Source of the DNA: Microcoleaceae cyanobacterium
Lineage (GTDB): Bacteria; Cyanobacteriota; Cyanobacteriia; Cyanobacteriales; Microcoleaceae
Reading direction: 5' to 3'
Assembly: GCA_051652765.1 (NCBI GenBank)
Contig: JBOFUV010000068.1
Span: 1-33,429, forward strand
DNA length: 33,429 nt
The position numbers and the translations under genes were made by a program. The notes under the pieces were generated by a model. It worked only from the letters and a program-made list of their open reading frames with translations. It had not been told where the DNA came from and searched no databases. Below, piece by piece: positions 28,512-33,429 of this stretch (its first letter is position 1; the number at the start of each line of letters is the position of its first letter).

Positions 28512-29588
28512 TCATGCTAACGTCTTTTGAATTAAATCAGCAAGCTGTTCAGCGCTGTCTGTAACAGCCAGAGACTTTGCTGATTCAGCCATGGTTCGTA
28601 GGGTTTCAGGGGTCTGCAATAGGTATAAAACTTTACTGGCCAAGAGCTCGGGAGTGAGTTGCTGTTGGACTAGCATCACAGCAGCTCCCCGATCTGCAAA
28701 CGCTCTGGCATTGTAGGTCTGATGATCTTCTGCTGCGTAAGGATAGGGGATCAGAATCGATGGAGTGCTGGTGATGGCTAACTCCGTCAGGGTTCCTGCC
28801 CCTGAACGACTCAGGGCTAAATCTGCCCGATGGAGCAAGGCAGCCATGTTATCAAAAAAAGGCATTTCCAAGTATTGCGGATGCTTCAGGATATTCACAT
28901 CCGGATCGTTAGTGCCCGTCAGATGAACAACCCAGGCTCCCTGCTCGAACCAGCTTGGGGCTGCCTGCCGCACCAACTGGTTGACTGAAACAGCTCCCTG
29001 ACTACCACCAATCACAACAATTACCGGAGCCTCAGGGGGAATTCCAAAGGGTAAAGGTTCAGCCTCAAACTGGAAGGCTGCTCGTACAGGAGTTCCAACG
29101 GTCAAGGTCTTTCGAGCCCGAGGCAAATACTGTTGAGTAGCAGCAAAACCCAAAGCTACAACGCTACACCAAGGGCTGAGGAATCGCGTGACTTTCCCTG
29201 GCAACACATTAGACTCATGCAGAACCACCGGTAACCCTAACCAGCGAGCCGCTAAAATTGCTGGAGCGGCAATATACCCTCCCGTCGTAAACACGCCTTG
29301 AAATTGACCTTGTTTAAGAATCTGTCGGACTTGCCAGATAGCATTCACAAACCGGGCGAAAACCCCCAGAGCTGCCAGACCTTTAGTTTGAAAGCCCTCA
29401 ACCTTAACCGTATGAAGGGGGTATTGTTGAGGAACAATCTGGGTCTCTAATCGATCGGGAACACCTAGCCATTCAATCTGATAAGTTCTGAGGTGAGCTA
29501 CAGTGGCGATCGCAGGAAACAAATGTCCCCCTGTTCCACTTGCGGCAACTAATAACCGCTTCGATGCATGAGTTGATGGGTTTGTCAT
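28512..29588 (-). CDS. murG: Lipid II GlcNAc transferase MurG
   Basis: SGTGGHLFPA, HESNVLPG, GGSQGA, SRSGAGTLTEL, DHQTYNA. Confidence 0.97.
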   Translation of the reverse strand: MTNPSTHASKRLLVAASGTGGHLFPAIATVAHLRTYQIEWLGVPDRLETQIVPQQYPLHTVKVEGFQTKGLAALGVFARFVNAIWQVRQILKQGQFQGVFTTGGYIAAPAILAARWLGLPVVLHESNVLPGKVTRFLSPWCSVVALGFAATQQYLPRARKTLTVGTPVRAAFQFEAEPLPFGIPPEAPVIVVIGGSQGAVSVNQLVRQAAPSWFEQGAWVVHLTGTNDPDVNILKHPQYLEMPFFDNMAALLHRADLALSRSGAGTLTELAITSTPSILIPYPYAAEDHQTYNARAFADRGAAVMLVQQQLTPELLASKVLYLLQTPETLRTMAESAKSLAVTDSAEQLADLIQKTLA

Positions 29589-29750
29589 TCGTTACTTCAC
29601 GGTTCAGCAAACCTGGGCCGTCTTTTCCCTCTGGATACTAACTTCTAGCTAACCGATGGCGACTGACCGCTGGTTTCTGTGTGTTCAATTGTTTCAGAAT
29701 GTAAGGTCTAAGATACCATAAACGTAGTACTGGTCAAGAAAACCTAGCCC

Positions 29751-30560
29751 ATGACTTTTTTTCAAGCTTGGCAGCGTCACATTTTAACGGTTTCGTTCTC
29801 AGTGTTAGTCGCATCTGTTCTTTCGGGAATAGACGGATTGCGGCTTCAGCCTGTCCAAGCCGCAGAAGTGTCAGGAACTGCGCCAGCAGAGATCACGAAT
29901 CTGCTTACCGGAGTTGAAGCCGCAGCAAATCGCCAGGATATTGAATCCGTAATGGGGTTTTACAGCGAAGCGTTTACCACGTCAGATGGCTTGAACCATC
30001 AGGGTTTGGAACAGGCGTTGACACAGTTTTGGCAGAATTACAAAATGGTTGACTACAAGACCGAGCTGCAATCTTGGGAACAGGATGGTTCAGCATTTGT
30101 GACCACAACTGTAACCCAGGTTTCAGGCACTCAGGAACTGAACGGTCGAGAGTTTCAGCTCACTTCGATGATTACATCTAAGCAACGGATTGAAAATCAA
30201 AAAATTGTTCAGCAGGAAATTTTAACGGAACGAACAGAAGTAAAAGCCGGAGACAAACCACCCACGGTGACGTTTAGGCTGCCAGAACAGGTCAAGGTTG
30301 GGGGAGATTTTAATGTTGATGCGATTGTTCAGGAGCCTTTAGGGGAGGAAGTGTTACTGGGCACTGCTATTGAAGAACCCGTCAGAACCAGAGGATACTT
30401 TGCTCCTGCCCCTTTTCAGTTAGAATTCCTTGTGTCTGGAGGGCTATTCAAAATTGGAACAGCTCCCAGTACTCCTCAAGCCAACTGGGTTTCAGCGATT
30501 CTGATTCGCCGAGGGGGCATGACTCTGGTCACTCAACGGTTGCGAGTCGTTGAAAAGTAA
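29751..30560 (+). CDS. Exported NTF2-like domain protein
   Basis: Signal peptide; AAANRQDIESVMGFYSEAFTTSDG NTF2/SnoaL-like pattern. Confidence 0.8.
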   Translation: MTFFQAWQRHILTVSFSVLVASVLSGIDGLRLQPVQAAEVSGTAPAEITNLLTGVEAAANRQDIESVMGFYSEAFTTSDGLNHQGLEQALTQFWQNYKMVDYKTELQSWEQDGSAFVTTTVTQVSGTQELNGREFQLTSMITSKQRIENQKIVQQEILTERTEVKAGDKPPTVTFRLPEQVKVGGDFNVDAIVQEPLGEEVLLGTAIEEPVRTRGYFAPAPFQLEFLVSGGLFKIGTAPSTPQANWVSAILIRRGGMTLVTQRLRVVEK

Positions 30561-30595
30561 AATGTGGAGAAACTTAGATTCTCTAGCATCACTTT

Positions 30596-30669
30596 CTAAC
30601 CCCTTATGAACTAGCCCCTTGTGAACTAGCCCCTTGTGAACTAACCCCTTGTGAACTAACCTCTTGCAA
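30596..30669. repeat. 15-bp tandem repeat x5
   Basis: CTA(A/G)CCCCTT(A/G)TGAA x4 plus CTAACCTCTTGCAA. Confidence 0.9.
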
Positions 30670-30712
30670 GCTGCAAACCGGATTACTTCGTTTCACTCTT
30701 CTTGGAACAATC

Positions 30713-31366
30713 ATGTCTTCAACACTCTCTCCTGACTATGTAATACAGCAGTTGTATTGGCGCTATGCTGTCAAAAAGTTCGATCCGACTCAAACCATTC
30801 CTGATGACGTTTGGACGGTGCTAGAACAAAGCCTCGTGCTTGCGCCCTCATCCTTTGGTCTACAGCCTTGGAAGTTTTTTATCGTCCGTGATCCTGACAT
30901 TCGCCGTCAGCTCGTCGAACATTCCTGGGGACAAGCCCAAGTTGTTGATGCGTCTCATCTTGTTGTCCTCGCCATCAAAAAGGATGTGGGCAGCGCAGAT
31001 GTTGATCAGTATATTAACCACATGGCGGAAGTTCGGCAAACTCCTGTTGAAAAGCTGCAAGGATTGGCCAGCATGGTCAAGGGGTTTTTGACTCAACCGC
31101 CCTATCCTTTGGATATTAACGACTGGTCAGCCCGACAGGTTTATATTGCCCTCGGACAATACATGACCTGTGCAGCCATGTTGGGAATTGATACGTGCCC
31201 AATGGAGGGATTTGTCCCCGATCAATACGACAAAATCTTAGGGTTACAGGAACAGGGTTATCAAGCCGTTGTGGTTTGTCCTGCCGGGTATCGCGCCCCC
31301 GATGATAAGTATGCCAGTATGCCTAAGGTGCGCTATGCCACTGAAGCCGTAGTCGAATATATCTAG
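30713..31366 (+). CDS. NAD(P)H nitroreductase (NfsB-like)
   Basis: WRYAVKKFD, LAPSSFGLQPWKF, GIDTCPMEGF, PKVR. Confidence 0.93.
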   Translation: MSSTLSPDYVIQQLYWRYAVKKFDPTQTIPDDVWTVLEQSLVLAPSSFGLQPWKFFIVRDPDIRRQLVEHSWGQAQVVDASHLVVLAIKKDVGSADVDQYINHMAEVRQTPVEKLQGLASMVKGFLTQPPYPLDINDWSARQVYIALGQYMTCAAMLGIDTCPMEGFVPDQYDKILGLQEQGYQAVVVCPAGYRAPDDKYASMPKVRYATEAVVEYI

Positions 31367-31367
31367 A

Positions 31368-32099
31368 GTGGATTTACCACGGGAGGAAAACCCCATGACA
31401 CCGGATGAACAAATTCTGACTCAGTTTCCCTCCCGTCGGCTGATTGCGGTGTTGGGCGTTCTTCAGCGACTCCGAACCCAGGCCAAGGCAGGAGAGCTCA
31501 CGCAAGTTCCCGATGCAACCTTTCACCTGCGCGGGGGTCGAGATATTCGGGGTCGGTTCCTGGATCTAGCTGAGGATTATGGCCAAATGATGATCTTGAT
31601 TCACGCCATTTCCGGTGAGCCCGATCCTCAACCAGATGTCTGTTACTTCGAGCTGGCTGAACTTCAGGCGATCACCTTACACAATGCCGTTGCTGCGGCT
31701 GAGGCACTGTCCTTTGGGGTGATTGAAATGCCCTCTGGAACGGCCTCCCCAACTCGGATCAACCTGCGGCGACGGGCTGAAGACTTGGCACAGGAGATTT
31801 CCTCCCTACTCCATCACCCACTCCGAATTACGATTGAGCCGCCCCCGGATACGATAGATGAATTGAGCCGACAGCAGTTGGGCCTAGGGCTTGAACGGGT
31901 TGCGGCAATCCTGAGAGTGCTAGGCGGGTCAGCTGTTGGTCAGGAAGCCTTAGCTAGCCGAGTTTCTGAGGTTCGGCTCGTTGCCTCTGCTGAACTACGG
32001 CAAGTAGACTTAACCATGGGAGTCCTGAAAATTTCCTTTGGTCATGAACCCGTTCCGAGCGAGGAAGAATTGCAGGACTTGATTACAACAGCGTTCTAA
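31368..32099 (+). CDS. Hypothetical protein
   Basis: 243-aa ORF 1 bp after the nitroreductase stop; alternative ATG at 31395 with GGAGG upstream. Confidence 0.75.
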   Translation: MDLPREENPMTPDEQILTQFPSRRLIAVLGVLQRLRTQAKAGELTQVPDATFHLRGGRDIRGRFLDLAEDYGQMMILIHAISGEPDPQPDVCYFELAELQAITLHNAVAAAEALSFGVIEMPSGTASPTRINLRRRAEDLAQEISSLLHHPLRITIEPPPDTIDELSRQQLGLGLERVAAILRVLGGSAVGQEALASRVSEVRLVASAELRQVDLTMGVLKISFGHEPVPSEEELQDLITTAF

Positions 32100-32110
32100 C
32101 CCGCAAGACC

Positions 32111-33429
32111 TTACAAACCCGCCGTCAAAGTTTTCAACTCAGAGGCTCCAGCTTGACGCAGATGGCGATGAAGTTGAAAATTCAGGATGACTGAAACCGT
32201 CCACTGGCTGAGAATGGCAAAGGCGATCGCCCCCATGGAAGCATGTTCAATGGCGCTAAATGAAAGCACGGAGAACAGGAATGGCAAGGGGACTGAATGG
32301 GGTTGAGCTGATACAACTCCTAGCACTATCAAAGGCAAGATAACTATCGTACCTACTATTCCCGCTGCCCAGACCATACGCTTGCGATGTTTCATCATTA
32401 AGGCTAACTGGGTCAGGCTCGCACCCAGAAAAATCAGGCTCATGTTCAAGACCAGACCACAGGTCATGCTGAGATATTCTGCGGGTTCAGCATAGAACAG
32501 CATGGTCAGGGTAAACAAAGCCGCAACAATCCCTAAGTTGAACACAATCGCCAACAACGCCGGACTATTCTCTCCTAGGGCCAAATCCCGAACTTGATTT
32601 TGCCAGGAACGCTGGTGCTGCCAACGGTAACGGGCCCAGTCTTGCAGAGCTTGACGTTGGGGAGACAGAGCCGCAATCAACAAACCGAACAAAATCAGGT
32701 TCCAACCCAGGGCGATCGCATAGTATTCAGCCGGAGCATAGTCTGGGTTTTTATTGTCGATCAGCTCAAAGCGTTGGGCCGTGAACCCTAGGTTAAACAG
32801 GGTAAAACAAGCCGTGAATCCGTAGCTTTGGGCTTTGCTCAGGACAGTTGCATTGGGACTATGGAAGCAGCGCCGCAATCCTTGCCAGATCCAGGCTGTC
32901 CAAACCCCGTAATGAATAAACGCAAAGACAGCAATGAATAACCCGGCAATGCCAATAGGCAAGCTAAACCAGGTTAAATTCTGCACATTTTGAAAGCTAA
33001 AGGGAAAGGTTAAGTAGGAATCTCCGGTGCGGTTGATGAGATAACGCAGGAGAATTGTGGGGCTAAATATATTCATCCAATCTAAACCATCGCTGCTTAG
33101 GGATCTAGCATTCATCATTGTCAAACCCATAAACACGGCCCCACTTCCTAACCACGCTTGGAAGCTGCCCAACCAAGAAGTGACTGACCCAAACAACAAC
33201 GCAAAACTATTGAAAAAAATCGCACTGCCAATTACTAAACTGTCAAACAGTACCATTTCATCTAGGGGGATTTTGGCTGACAATCCCACAAATAATTGAA
33301 AGGGAATCATCAAGATAATTCCCAGGTAAAGTAGAATGGGCGTACCTAATAGTTTGCCCAGGAAAATTCCTTTGTAGGATTGAGGACTGAGGCGAATAAA
33401 GTTCAGAGTTCCCCGGCGTTCTTCCGTGG
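32111..33429 (-). CDS. ABC-2-permease-like membrane protein (5'-partial)
   Basis: The frame stays open to the window edge and reads EERRGTLNFIRLSPQS...GKLLG; many TM segments. Confidence 0.8.
   Translation of the reverse strand, partial: TEERRGTLNFIRLSPQSYKGIFLGKLLGTPILLYLGIILMIPFQLFVGLSAKIPLDEMVLFDSLVIGSAIFFNSFALLFGSVTSWLGSFQAWLGSGAVFMGLTMMNARSLSSDGLDWMNIFSPTILLRYLINRTGDSYLTFPFSFQNVQNLTWFSLPIGIAGLFIAVFAFIHYGVWTAWIWQGLRRCFHSPNATVLSKAQSYGFTACFTLFNLGFTAQRFELIDNKNPDYAPAEYYAIALGWNLILFGLLIAALSPQRQALQDWARYRWQHQRSWQNQVRDLALGENSPALLAIVFNLGIVAALFTLTMLFYAEPAEYLSMTCGLVLNMSLIFLGASLTQLALMMKHRKRMVWAAGIVGTIVILPLIVLGVVSAQPHSVPLPFLFSVLSFSAIEHASMGAIAFAILSQWTVSVILNFQLHRHLRQAGASELKTLTAGL

Noticed and set aside
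2036..33299. Remaining short ORFs nested in or antisense to recognised genes
   Set aside because: They overlap confident CDSs and show no recognisable motifs.
1..33429. tRNA, rRNA, integrase or prophage genes
   Set aside because: None recognised by eye; tRNAscan-SE and Rfam searches would be needed to exclude small RNAs.

Overview
Cyanobacterial chromosomal window; the HIP1 octamer GCGATCGC occurs about 19 times by eye from 2978 onward and not at all in the first ~2.9 kb. Most of it is core or conserved content: ccdA-ccs1, a group 2 sigma factor, mpg, rpmF, hflX, mnmH/selU, a transglutaminase/alpha-E/circularly permuted ATP-grasp cluster, an RTX-repeat protein, a GHL10 hydrolase, DUF1611, fghA, murG and a nitroreductase. 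The left 2 kb is accessory and the most interesting part. It holds a 40-41-bp-period array of 25-bp palindromes ending in an attC-like GTTATGC, an AT-rich gene for a zinc-ribbon protein with an Rx4H (HEPN-like) motif, a well-formed attC site, and an internally deleted IS5-family element. Together these suggest an integron-type cassette, possibly defensive, with an unusual repeat-expanded att site; no integrase lies in the window. Also notable are an XRE + ImmA/IrrE switch with five TTGA-N8-TCAA-type boxes in its divergent promoter region, an NtcA box before the ATP-grasp gene, and many 11-15-bp intergenic tandem repeats. All calls come from reading motifs by eye; no searches were run.
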